64,000 nt of DNA from Mobula hypostoma (lineage: Eukaryota): contig NC_086109.1 of NCBI RefSeq assembly GCF_963921235.1, forward strand, positions 186,001 through 250,000, in the 5' to 3' direction. Position numbers and translations under genes: made by a program. Below, in pieces: positions 52,161 through 64,000 of the stretch. Below the pieces are notes generated by a model that ran no database searches, had not been told where the DNA came from, and saw nothing but the letters and a program-made list of their open reading frames with translations. Position 1 is the first letter of the stretch; each line of letters starts with the position of its first letter.

Positions 52161-52559
52161 TTCCAGTGACCGATAGGTGTATTGGGGCTGGAGGAACAGG
52201 GGTTACAGAGAAAGTGCTGGAGCTGTAGGAGGGGATACTGGGGTCATAGGGTTTTGAATTTACACAGATGCTTGGAACCTGTGCTGCTCTCTCCCACACA
52301 CAGGCCTGCTCCTGGGAAAATGTGTGGAGTATTACTGAGGCCATGGGAACAGGAAACCAGCAGAGAAAAACACCCGGTGGGTCTGGCAGCAACTGTGAGG
52401 AGGGCACAGGGTCACTTGCAAGATAGGGAAACAGGCTGCAGATCTCAGCGACTGGGGGAAATGGAGAAGGAGTTGTCGAGGAGGTGAAGGTGATAGAGAG
52501 GGAGCATGAATGAGTGACAGCGATAGAGTGAGAGAGCAAGAAATCTGTCTGAGTGACGT

Positions 52560-53045
52560 CACAACAACAACCTCTCACTCGATGTCAGCAAGGCCAAGGA
52601 GCTGATTATTGACTTCAGGAGGAGGAAGGCAGAGATTCATGAGCCAGTCCTCATCAGGGGATCAGAGGTGGAGAGAGCAACTTTAAACCCCCCAATGTCA
52701 TTATTTCAGAAGACCTGTCCCAGGCCCAGCACGGAACCGCAATTACGAAGAAAGTGCAGCAGCACTTCCACTTCCTTCGGAGTTTGCGAGAATGCGGCAA
52801 CATCTAAAACTTTGACAATCTCGTAAAGATGTGTTTTGGAGAGTATATAGACTGGCTGCATCACAGCCTGGTTTGGAAACACCAAAGCCCTTCAATAGAA
52901 AGGCCTACAAACACAGTTGTATCACTGGTAAAGCCTTCCCTGCCACTGAACACGTCTACACTGAGCACTGTTGCAGGAAAGCAGCATCCATCATCAAAGA
53001 TCCCCACCATCCAGGACATGCTCTCTTCTTACTGGTGCTTCGAGA
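52560..53045 (+). mobile_element. Rex1/Babar-type LINE fragment
   Basis: HNNNLSLDVSKAKELIIDFRR...KAASIIKDPHHPGHALF. Confidence 0.75.
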
Positions 53046-53049
53046 AGGA

Positions 53050-56000
53050 GGGACAGCCTCGGGTTCCACACCAAAGAGGAGATTTCAATTCGGACATTGG
53101 GAGTTTTCAGAGGAGGGAACTTCAATCATGTCAGCAGTGGGTCGCTACAGCGAGCAAGAGCTTTCACTAGTGACATGAGTGTTTGAGATTGATTAGCAAG
53201 AGCAAACTAAAGAGAGGCAGGGACAAGCACAGTGGCCGTCGTCTGAATGGACAGTCAGACTGGTGATCTTGAGGGTTAAGCTCTTCAAGGCTTCAATGAA
53301 GAGAGGCTTCGGTCAGAGAGAACAAGAGGAAAGCTCCAGTTTTTTTCCTTCTCTTCTTTATATCTGCTCAGCTAGGACAGTAGAGATACCAGGCAGGAGA
53401 GTGCAATCTCTTGTGGGATGTGGGAAGACAGGGAGACGTCCAGTGTCCCAGACGACTACAACTGCAAGAAGTGCATCCAGCTGCAGCTTCTAACAAACTG
53501 CGTTAGGGAGTTGGAGCTGGAACTGGATGAACTCCAGATTATTCAGTAAACTGCAGGGGTGATGGATAAGACATATAGAGAGGTAGTTACACCCAAGATG
53601 CAGGGCACTGGAAACTGGGTGACAGTCAGGAAGGGGAAAGAGGTTAAGGAGCCATTGCAGAGTACCCCGGTGACCAGCCCCTCAACAACAGGTATATCAC
53701 TTTGGATATTGTTTGACCTAACAGGGGAGAGTCACAGTGGCATTGAATCTGCCTCTGTGTCTCAGAAGGGAAGTGGGGAGAAGTGGTCCGCTGTGGTGAA
53801 TGGGGACTCATTAGTTAGGGTAATGGACAGGAGGTTCTGTGGGTGAGATTGAGATTCTTGAATGGTATGTTGCCTCCCAGGTGCCAGGGTCCGGGATATC
53901 TCAGACTGAGTCCTCAGCATTTGTTTGAGGGAGGGTGAAGAGCCAGGAGTCATGTATCATGTAGGTACCAATGACATGGGTAGCACGAGTGACGAGGTCC
54001 TGCGTAGGGAGTTCACGGAGTAGGGGCAGGACCTCCAGGGTTGTAATCTCAGGATTGCTACCCAAGCCACATGTTAGCGAGGCCCGAACTAGGAAGACTA
54101 TACAGTTTAAGGAATTAGTGTGGGAGGGAGGGCATAAGATTTTTGGATCATTGGGCTCTCTTCCAGGGAAGGTGGGACCTGTACAGGAGGGGCGGTTTGC
54201 ACCTGAACTGGATTGGGACTAATATCCTAGTGGAAATGTTTGTTAATACTGCACAGTAGGGTTTAAACTAGAGTTGAAGGGGATGGGAACCAGAATGCTT
54301 GAACAATTAGCGGAGAGGTTGTGGATGCAGATGTTGGTAAGACCTCAGACAAAGTTAGGAATCGAAAGATTGAGCTTGGTGCGACTAGTGTCCTGAGCTG
54401 CGTATATTTCAATGCAAGAAGCATCATCGGACAGGGGGATGATGGTGCTGAAGATGAGGTAGCTGGTTCACAAACAGAGGCAATATGTGGTGAGGAGAGG
54501 TTGCTGACGGAGCAGAATTGCAGTCAACCAGATGAATTGCAACGTAAAAGGCGGACAAAATCGAAAAGGGTGAACACTGAAGGTGTTGTATTTGAATGTG
54601 CACAGTATATGGAATAAGGTCGAAGAACTTGCAGCAGAATTGAAAATTGGCATGTATGATTTAGGCATCACTGAATCACAGCCAAAAGAAGATTATATCT
54701 GGGAGCTTAATGTCCAAGGATACACTTTGTATCGAAAGGACAGGCAGGAAGGCAGAGGGGGAGGCATTGCTCTGTTGGTAAAAAAAGATGAAATCAAATC
54801 ATTAGAAAGAGGTGACATAGGGTCAGAAGATGTTGAATCATTGTGGATAGAACTAAGGAACTACAAGTGTAAAAATACTCTGAAACAGTAGCAAGGATGT
54901 TGCCCACAAATTACAAAGGGAGATAGAAAATGCATGCCAAAAGGGGAATGTTACACTAGCCATGGGGGACCTCAGTAGGCAGGTCGTTTGGGAAAATCAG
55001 GTTGGTGTTGGATTACAGGAGGGGGAATTTTGAGAGTGCCTATGAGATGGCTTTTTAGAGCGGTTCGTGATTGAGTCCACCAAGGGATCAGCTATTTTGG
55101 ATTGGGTGCTGTGCAATGAACCAGAATTGATTAGGGACCTTAAGGTAAAAGCCCTCTGGGGAAAGTGATCATAATATGATTGAATTCACCCTGAAATTTG
55201 AAAAGAGGGAAGCTAAAGTCAGTTTATCAGTATGACAGTGGAGTAAAGGGAATTACAGAGACCTAAAAAAGGAGTTGGCCAGAATTGATTGGAAGAAAAT
55301 ACTGGCAGGTTTGACAGCAGAGCAGCAATAGCTGGAATTTCCGGAAACAATTCGGAAGGCACAGGATATATATATCCCAAAGAGGAAGAAGTATACCAAA
55401 GGAAAGATGACACAGCCGTGGCTAACAAGAGAAGTCAAAGCCAACATAAAAGCCAAAAAGAGGGCATGTACTAGAAGAAAAAATAGTGGGAAGTTAGAGG
55501 ATTGAAAGGCTTTTAAAAACTAACAGAGGCAACAAAAAAAAGTCATTCAGAAGGGAAAGATGAAATACAAAAGTAAGTGAGCCAATAATATTAAAGAGGA
55601 TACCAAAAGTACCTTCAGATATATAAAGTGTAAAAGAGAGGTGAGAGTGGATATCGGACCACTGGAAAACTATGCTGGAGAAGTAGTGATGGGGACAATG
55701 AAACGGCGGAAAAACCAAATAAGTATTTTGCATCAGTCTTCACTGTGGAAGATACTAGTAGTATTGTGGAAGTTCCAGGTGTCAGGAGTCATGCAATGTG
55801 TGAAGTTACCATAACTAGAGAGAAGGTTCATGGGAAACTGAAAGGTCTGAAAGTAGATAAGTCACCTGGACCAGATGGTGTACACCCCAGAGTTCTGAAA
55901 GAGGTGGCTGAAGAGATTATGGAGGCATTAGTAATGATCTTTCAAGAGTCACTAGATTCTGGAATGGTTCCAGAAGACTGGAAAATTGCAAATGTCACTC

Positions 56001-57388
56001 CACTCTTCAAGAAGGGAGAGAGGCAAAAGAAAGGAAACTATAGGCCAGTTAGTCTGACCTCAGTGGTTGGGAAGATGTTGTGGTCAATTTTTAAGGATGT
56101 GGTTTTGGGGAACTTGGAGCCACATGATAAAATAGGCCAAAGTCAACACAGTTTCCTCAAGAGAAAACCTTGCCTGACAAATCTATTGGAATTCTTTGAA
56201 GAAATAGCAAGCAGGATAGACAAAAGAGAATTTGTTGATGTTGTTTACTTGGATTTTCAAAAGTCCCTTAACAAGGTGCCACATATGAGGCTGTTTAACA
56301 AGCTACGAGCCTGTGGTATTACAGGGAAGATTCTAGCACGGCTAATGCAGTGGCTGATTGGCTGGAGGCAAAAAGTGGGAATAAAGGGAGCATTTTCTAG
56401 TTGGCTGCCGGTGACTAGTGGTGTTCCACAGTGGTCTGTTTTGGAACTGACTCCAAGTCTTTTTCCATTATATGTCAATGATCAGGAAGATGGAACTGAA
56501 GGCTGTGTTGCAAAGTTTGCAGACAAGGCTACTGAAGGATTTAGACAGCTTAGGAGAATGGGCAAAGAAACAGCAGATGGAATATAGTGTCGGGAAGTGT
56601 ATGGTCATGCACTTTGATAGAAGAAATTTAAGGGTGGACTATTTTCTAAATGGAGAGAAAATGCAAAAAACTAAGTTGCAAAGGGACTTGGGAGTCCGTG
56701 TGCAGGATTCTCTAAAGGTTAATTTGCAGGTTGAATCTGTGGTGAGGAAGACAAATTCAATGTTAGCATTCATTTCAAGAGGGCTAGAATATAAAAGCAA
56801 GGATGTAATGTTGAGACTTTATAAAGCACTGGTGAGGCCTCACTTGGAGCGTTGTGAGCAGTTTTAGACCCCTTAGCTTAGAAAGGATGTGCTGAAACTG
56901 GAGATGGTTCTAAGGACATTCACGGAAATGATTCCAGGATCGAATGGCTTGACATATGAAGAGTGTTTGATGGCTCTGGGCCTGTATTCATTAGAATTCA
57001 GAAGAATGAGACATGACTTCATTGAAACCTGTCAAATTGTGAAAGGCCTTAACAGAATGGATGCGGAGAGGATGTTTTCTTTGGTGGGAGAGTCTAAGAC
57101 CAGAGGATACAGTGTCAGAATAGAGATGAGGAGGAATTACTTTCACCCGAGAGTGGTGAATCTGTGGAATTCTTTGTCACAGGCAGCTGTGGAGGTCAAG
57201 TTTTTATGTATATTTAAGGCAGAGATTGACAGATTTTTGATTGGTTAGGGCATAAAGAGATACAGGGAGAAGGCAAGAAATTGGGGCTGAGAGGAAAATT
57301 GGATCATCCATGATGACATGGCGTTGCAGACCTAATGGGCCAAATGGCCTAATTCTGCTCCTATATCTTTTGGTTTTAGGGTCTTATG
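53050..57388 (+). mobile_element. Near full-length degraded CR1 LINE (5' UTR, ORF1, ORF2 APE+RT, tail); may be a composite of two elements
   Basis: ORF1 CKKCIQLQLL/ELELELDEL and esterase-like VNGDSLVR...CCLPGARV; APE LYLNVHSIWNK...GITE; RT KSPGPDGVHPRVLKE...NYRPVSLTS; tail cctaattctgctcctatatc. Many stops and frameshifts. Confidence 0.9.
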
Positions 57389-58400
57389 GATTGCTGCCTT
57401 TGCCACATGCCAGTAAGGGTTACAATAAGATGATTTAGCAGATGAACATGTGGCTAAGGAACTGGTGCAGGGGCATTGTTTCAGATTTCTGCATCACTGA
57501 GATCTCTTTTGGGTGAGTTATGACCTGTACAAAAAGGATAAGTTACACCCAAACTTGGGGGATCCAACACCCTCTCCATGAACTGTTTGTTCTTCTGCCA
57601 TCAGGCAAACATTACAGGAGCATCAAAACTAAAACCACAAAGCTACTAAACAGCTTCCTCCCACAGGCAGTCAGACTGCTAAATAGCTGCTCTACCTGAC
57701 TCTGCTTTGGACACTTTTAACTTGCACTGGACACTTATAACTGACATGTGGCTGTTGTGTTTTACTATTTATTGTTATGTTTATTATTTAGTGTTGCGAT
57801 TGTTATGTTATGATTGCACCGCTCCTGGGAAACGCTGTCTCACTCTGCCCTGCAGAGCTGATGTACGGTTAGAATGACAATAAAGTTTTTTGAATCTTTG
57901 AATCTTGAATCTTTGTGGGCAGATTTGCCTCAGCTGTTTTGGAAGGAATACTTGGAATGTTGTGTTCAATTCTAGTTGCTTCATTATAGGAAGGATGTGG
58001 AAGTTTTGGAGAGGGTGCCGAGGAGATTTACTAGGATGCTGCCGGGATTAGACAACATGTCTTATGAGGATAGACTGAGTGAGCTGGTGCTTTCACTTTG
58101 CAGCAAAGGAGGGTGAGAGGTGACTTGATAGATTGTACAAGATGATAAGAGGCACAGATTGAGAGACTTTTCACCGGGTGGAAAAGGTTAATGGAAGGGG
58201 AGAAATTTTAAGGTAATTGGAGGAAAGTACAGGGGAGATGTCAGAGTTCACTCAGAGAGTGGTAGGTATGCAGAATGCTCCGTCGGGGGTCATCGTAGAG
58301 GCTGATACATTAGGGACATTGAAGAGACTCTTAAATAGGCAGGTGGAAAACAGAAAAAGGGAGGGTTACACAGGAGGGAACGATTAGATTGATCTTAGAG
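57389..58400 (+). mobile_element. Mosaic of relics: CR1 ORF1 piece (~57390-57570), Rex1-type 3' end with (gaatctt)n tail (~57575-57913), CR1 RT piece (~57945-58400)
   Basis: Similarity to other copies in this window; tail tgaatctttgaatcttgaatcttt. Confidence 0.7.
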
Positions 58401-58410
58401 TGTGATTAAG

Positions 58411-58690
58411 TCGCAGTTAGTGCAACACTATTACAGCTCAGGGCGTCAGAGTTCAGAGTTCAATTTCGGCATCCTCTGTAACGAGTTTGTACGTCCTCAC
58501 CGTGGGTTTCCTTCGGGTAATCCAGTTTCCTCCACACACTCAAGGACAAAGGTTAGTGGATAAATTGGTCATTGTAAATTATCCTGTGATTAGGCTAGGG
58601 TTAAACAGGTGGACTGCTGGGCGTTTAGTTCGTTGGACCAGAAGGACCTGTTTTGCACTGTATCTCTAAATAAATAAAGAAAGAAAAAAG
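58411..58690 (+). mobile_element. V-SINE (HE1-like) with A-rich tail
   Basis: tRNA-like head with gagttcaattt; central domain cgtgggtttccttcgggtaatccagtttcctccacac resembles the V-domain; tail taaataaataaagaaaag; sits inside a CR1 3' UTR. Confidence 0.75.
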
Positions 58691-58871
58691 CAAACATCGT
58701 GGGTCAATGGGCCTGCACTGTGCTCTCGTGTTCTATGTCCCATGAGTGCAGGGTTGGGTAGCTGGTGCGGGGGCAGGAATTCAGGTTCTTGGGATTACTT
58801 GTACAAGAGGAATATGTTGCACCTGAATTGAAGGGGGAACCATTTCCTGGTTGGGGGATTCACTAGTACTA

Positions 58872-58995
58872 GGAGGGTTTAACCTGAGAGGGTGGGGGGC
58901 CCTGAACAGTGGGGTTTAACCTGGGAGGGTGGGGGCCCTGAACAGTGGGGTTTAACCCGGAAGGGTGGGGGCCCTGAACAGGAGGGTTGAAACTA
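58872..58995. repeat. Short ~37-bp tandem repeat, 3 copies
   Basis: gggtttaacctg.gagggtggggg(g)ccctgaacagtg repeated three times. Confidence 0.85.
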
Positions 58996-59242
58996 GAGGA
59001 GTGGGGGTGGGTAGGAAACACTGAACAGTAGAGTGGCTCATGAGAAATCAGGGACTAATTTCGCAACCAACGAGAGCAGGTTTAGTTATCAGGGGCACAG
59101 TGGAAGGAGAAGAAAGTCTATTGGGTTAAACTACATTGACTTAATTTTAAGGGGCTTGACAGGTAATGTGGTTGAGCTCAGGATGTGGATTGACCCTGGG
59201 AAGTAGGATAACAAAATGATTACAGGACATAGCTGAGGGAAG

Positions 59243-60381
59243 TCAAGAAGAACAACCTACCAGCCGTGCTTACTTACATCGATTCTCGCAAAGCTTTTGA
59301 CTCCATTCACTGAGGTAAAATGCTGAAGATCCTGAAAGCTTACGGAGTGCCAGACCATCTACTGAGAGCAACAGAGTCCAGCTATACCAAAACCATGGCA
59401 CAAGTTGTATCACCAGACAGAGAATCAGCAGTGTTCGAGCTCCTAGCTGGTGTGCTGCAAGGAGACACTCTGGCACCCTACATCTTTATAATCGTCCTTG
59501 ATTACGCTCTGCGTCAAGCTACCAAAGATCATGACAAGCTTGGTTTTACCATAAAACCAGGATGAACTAAAACAGTCAGACCAGTTACGCTCACAGATCT
59601 CGATTTTGCAGATGACATAGTCCTGCTCTCTGACCAGGTGGAGGAAGCACAGCAGCTACTGACAAAAGCGGAAATTGAGTGCAATAAAGTTGGACTTCAC
59701 CTAAACACTAAAAAGACAGAGTACATGACGTTTAACTGCGACGAAAGTACTCTCAAGACCGTAAAGAATGATACCATTATGAAAGTCTTTGACGTCAGGG
59801 ACCTCGGGTCAAGAATGATGAGTTCGGAGAAGGTCATAAAGATACGGAAGGCGCTGGCATGGAGGGTTTTGAACGACATGAAGGAAATCTGGAAGTTGAA
59901 CCTGACCAGAGGGCTTAAAAAGAGGATTTTCATAGCAGTCATAGATTCCATTCTCACGTACAGATGCGAGACGTGGACACTCACCAAGACGATGCGAAAA
60001 TCTCTAGATGGTTGCTATACATGAATGTTCCGGATGGTTCTCGATGTGAGCTGGCAACAGCACATGACGAACATCAAGCCCTGTAACAACCTACCGATGC
60101 TCACCACTAAAATCGAGGTGAGAAGACTGCAGCTAGCAGGGAACTGTTTACGCCACCCCGAGCTACCTGCCAGCCTAGTCATCATATGGGAGCCCAAGCT
60201 CGGGAGGATGAACCCTGGGTGCCCTCCCAAGACTATGGTCAACACGCTCCTAGAAGACAGTGACGCGGCTAATGTAGATGAACTGAACACACTGATGAGG
60301 GAGAGGGAGAAGTGGAGAGTCGGTCATCGTGCCCGACGCCGGCCCCCTAGGCCTGAGTTGACGTAGTAGTAGTGGTAGTAT
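59243..60381 (+). mobile_element. 5'-truncated RTE-clade LINE inserted in a degenerate CR1 endonuclease region
   Basis: KAFDSIH..GVLQGDTLAPYIFIIVLDY..DLDFADDIVLL..LNTKKTEYM; (gta)n tail; 13-bp TSD tagctgagggaag at 59230-59242 and 60382-60394. Confidence 0.9.
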
Positions 60382-60694
60382 TAGCTGAGGGAAGGGAAGA
60401 GCTGGACTGGATGCTCAGTGTTCCAGGGTACAGATTGTACAGGTATGACAAAGGTGCAGGTGAGAAACGAGGGGGAGATGCCTTCCTGATGGAGGTATAA
60501 CGTACCTTACAGAAGATCTTCTTGGGGGAATCGGCTAGTGAGAACATACGGTAGAACGTAGAAATAAGGTGGTATGGTCATTATTATTATGGGTATGTCT
60601 GTGTGTGGGATTTGCAGGAGCAGAAATGTTGACAGATTGCAGCTAGCTGTATATGTAGGTCATTGTAACTTCTCTGTGGGTGGTGTGGAGGAGA

Positions 60695-61045
60695 TACGTC
60701 TCTACCAAACCAAGTGTAAGGCGCTCCTTCCCTCCGCTAGCCTGCAGATCACCCTTGGCAAGGTATATCACCTGCTTAGCTTCCCCCCCCCACATCTGAT
60801 CAGGGTCAATGAAACCATGGGAGCAGGTGGTGTACATCATAAATCCTGATTTTACGACCACTGATGCCAGGCAGGCAATCTCTGAAGTGTATTGACAATG
60901 GCTGGGGTCACCCGTCTTGTAAAGACACTGCCCAGAAGGATGCAATGGCAAACTACTTCCGTAGAAGTATTTGCCAAGAACGATCAATGTCATGGAAAGA
61001 CCATGATTGCCTACCTCTTTTGACATGGCACATAACGAACTAACA
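60695..61045 (+). mobile_element. SINE-like element with RTE-type 3' end, copy 2
   Basis: Matches 44597-45056; 3' motif gcaatggcaaactacttccgtagaa resembles RTE/Bov-B-type tails. Confidence 0.7.
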
Positions 61046-61049
61046 AGTA

Positions 61050-63305
61050 TTGATTGGGAAGACCATAGAGTGGAATGTTTGGATGGAGTGGGGTTTGTGA
61101 AATGTGTCCAAGAGAGCTTCCTTTATCAATAATATAGAGGGACCTACTGGAGAGGGTCAACACTGGGCCTCCTCCTGGGGAATGGGGTAGGGTAAGTGGC
61201 AGAAGTTTCAGTGAGCACCTTGACTCCAGTGACTATATGTCTCTTAGTTTTAAAATAGTTATGGACAAGGATACCACCAGTTCACAGGTTAAGGTCCTGA
61301 ACTGACGGGGCAGAGCAAATTTTGGGCCGTTAGGTGTAATCTTGAGGTTGATTGCATTAGACTATTTGCAGGGAAAGAAGCATCTACCAAAATTGTCATT
61401 CTACTAAAAGTAACGGTTTGTAAGTTTACAAATTATACCAACATAGGTGATGCTGTAGAGGATGTATAAGGTTAGGAAAAATTACAGGGGTTTCTTGATC
61501 AGCTGGGTATTTGGGCTGAGAACTGGAAAGTAGATTAATGTGAGATCAAACCAGTATAGGGTTTATACAGTGAATGGTAGGGCCCTGTCGAACGTTATGG
61601 AACAAGGCACCGAGGAATGCAAGTGCATAGTTCACTGAAAACGGTGTCACAGGTAGACAGGGTGATGAAGAAGGCATTTAGCATGCTGGCCTTCGTCAGT
61701 TGGGGAACTGAGTACAGGAGTACACATACTATATCGAATATAGGTGTTACATAAGACATTGGTGAGATCAGACGGAGTATTTTCTACCATTTTTGACACC
61801 CATTATAGGAAAGATGTTATTAAACTAGAACAGTGTTAACATTTACCCTGGGCCCAACATATTAATGCAACTACAAAGATTATATTTCATCAGTGATTAT
61901 ATTTCATTAGGAGTTTGAAGACATTTGGTCTGTCACCAGAGATTCTAGCAAATGTGTATATACCATGTACCGTGGAGAGCAGTCTGACTGGTTACATCAC
62001 CGTCTGGTATGGAGGCAGCAATACCCAGGAGCGGAATGAGCAGCAGAGAGTTGTAAACTCAGCCAGCTCCATCGTGGGCACTAGCCTCCCAGCATCCAGG
62101 GCATTCTTTACCCTCAAGAAGCTCGCCGCCATCATTAAGGACGTTCGCTATCCAGGACATGCCCTCTTCTCATTGCTACCATTAGGGAGGAGATACAGGA
62201 GCCTGAAGACACACACTCAACGTTAATGAAACAGCATCTTCCCCTCTGCCATCAGAGATCTGAAAGGACCATGAACACTTCCTCACTTTTTGCATCACTA
62301 TTTTATTTTAAGTTGTAGTATCTTTGATACATTGCGCTGTACTACTGCCACAAAATAACAGATGTGTCAGTAAATATAAACCTGATTTTGAATAGTACAG
62401 AAAACTAATACCAGGATGTTGCCTGAACTTGGGGGTCAGTCTGAGATATGTGTAGACATAACTCATGTCAGGCTGCATCACTGGGGGGGGGGGGCTACTG
62501 CACAGGACAAAAAGAAGCAGCAGACGGCCGAAATTTAGTCAGCTCTATCTTGGGTACTAGCCTACAAAGTACCCAGGACATTTTCAAGGAGCGGGGTCTC
62601 AGAAAGGCAGCGTCCACTATTAGGGCCCTCCAGCACCCAGGGCATGCCCTTTTCTCACTGTTACCATCAGGTAAGAGGGTCAGAAGCCTGAAGGCACACA
62701 GTCAGCGATTCAGGAACAGCTCCTTCCTCTCCGCCATCCGATTCCTAAATGGACATTGAACCCATGAACACTACCTCACTCTTTAATTATATATTATTTC
62801 TACTTTTGCACTATTTTAATCTATTCAATATACGTATCCTGCAAATTGATTTACTTATTTATTGTTATTATTTTCTTTGTTTTTTTCTTCTTCTTCGATA
62901 TTATGTATTGCATTGAACTGTTGCTGCTAAGTTAACAAATTCCACAACACATGCTGGCGATATCAAACCTGAAACTGATTCGAGGACTTCATTCCCTGAC
63001 TGAGGGGTAACCTGAGTGAATCAGGAAGGGCACAGATGGGGTGAAAGTACACAGCCCTATTGCAGGGAAGAGGTGAAAGATTTTAAAGGGACATCGGGGC
63101 AGTCCTTCATACAAAGGAAGGTGCATATTTAGAACGAGTGGCCAGATATTGCTATTGAGGTAGGTGCCTTAACAACATTTAGAAACAATCTACATGATTA
63201 GGGAGAGGTTGCGAGGGCTACAGGCCAATCATGGGCAAGTGTGACTAGTTTCACTAGCGACATAGCACAGATGATCTGGGCTGAAGGGTCTGTTTTCATG
63301 CCATC
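61050..63305 (+). mobile_element. Degenerate CR1 interrupted by two Rex1/Babar-type 3' fragments (~61835-62390 and ~62460-62980)
   Basis: CTVESSLTGYITVWYG...HALFSLLPLGRRYRSLKTHT and HPGHALFSLLPSGKRVRSLKAHSQRFRNS; CR1 motifs either side. Confidence 0.75.
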
Positions 63306-63589
63306 TCTCTAGGACTCCCAGACACACACACAAAGACAGAATCTCAATGAACTCTCCCTTCATTCTTCTAAACTACAGAGATTACAAACTTAAAACGCAC
63401 GGTTTATTTCTTCCTTCAAATCCCACCCCCTGTCACTTTTTTCCCCACCCTCTCTTCTTCCCCATCTATCCCCCCTCCTCCCACTTTCTCCCTCCTCTCC
63501 CCCTCTTTCCCTCCCTTCCCGGCCTCTCCCTCTCCCTCTCCCCACCTCCACTCCCGTTCTACCCCTCCCCATCCCTGTCTCCTCCATTC

Positions 63590-63890
63590 CCGCTCACCAG
63601 ATACACCGCCGACCCTCTCCCTTCCTCCACATTGGGTCCTCACCTCTCTGATCCTCCGTCTGGCCGCCAGCCGCGCTCCAGGCCGCCAGCCCCCGCTGGC
63701 CTGCATGAGGTGCGCACCCCGCACCCCGCACCCGCACCCCGCACCCCGCACCTCCCGCTTCGCGTTGCTCGTACCTCCACTTACACACGCTCCCTAACTT
63801 TGCTAACGAACACTTCCTCTGAATTCTCACACGCTCCCTTACTTCCTGGTCACGCACAACATTACACACGCGCCCTGACTTCCCGTTCAC
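63590..63890. promoter_or_regulatory. CpG-rich island / putative promoter-5' UTR with (gcacccc)n repeat
   Basis: Locally high GC and CpG in an otherwise CpG-poor window; (cgcaccc[c])n at ~63713-63752. Confidence 0.5.
63644..63706 (-). CDS. Candidate first coding exon (MQASGGWRPGARLAARRRIRE)
   Basis: ATG at 63706 in a conspicuously CpG-dense patch; donor GAG|GTGAGG; exactly 21 codons, phase 0. Confidence 0.5.
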
Positions 63891-64000
63891 TGTATACAAA
63901 GCTCCCCAATCCTCAATTTGCACACACTCCCTTATTCCATGTTTATAGACGTCCCCTAAACACCTATTTCTACTTCTCTCATTCTCTGTATGTACACATC

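Overview
Eukaryotic, repeat-saturated vertebrate genomic DNA. The CR1 / Penelope / Rex1 / V-SINE mix suggests a cartilaginous fish such as a ray; this is an inference. There is no prokaryotic operon or CRISPR array, and nearly all long ORFs in the track are artefacts of simple repeats. Contents: (1) a multiply nested insertion at 1-5.35 kb, where a CR1 LINE is split by a complete IR/DR-type Tc1 (DD34E) element and a 471-bp MITE, and the Tc1 is itself split by a head-to-head inverted Penelope-like element with a 15-bp TSD and a minimal hammerhead ribozyme motif in each arm; (2) CA/CT low-complexity DNA; (3) a ~22-kb 46/47-bp satellite with multi-level higher-order structure; (4) a 2.2-kb almost pure G/A tract and two G-rich satellites (36 and 37 bp); (5) many nested CR1, Rex1/Babar, RTE and SINE relics. 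In the few unique islands I find five minus-strand candidate exons (63706-63644, 48056-48012, 34314-34256, 34110-33954, 11422-11331). They splice in frame into one ORF (MQASGGWRPG...TLNSRSPS) that I cannot assign to a known gene. Under that model almost the whole window is intron. Boundaries of degraded repeats are approximate.
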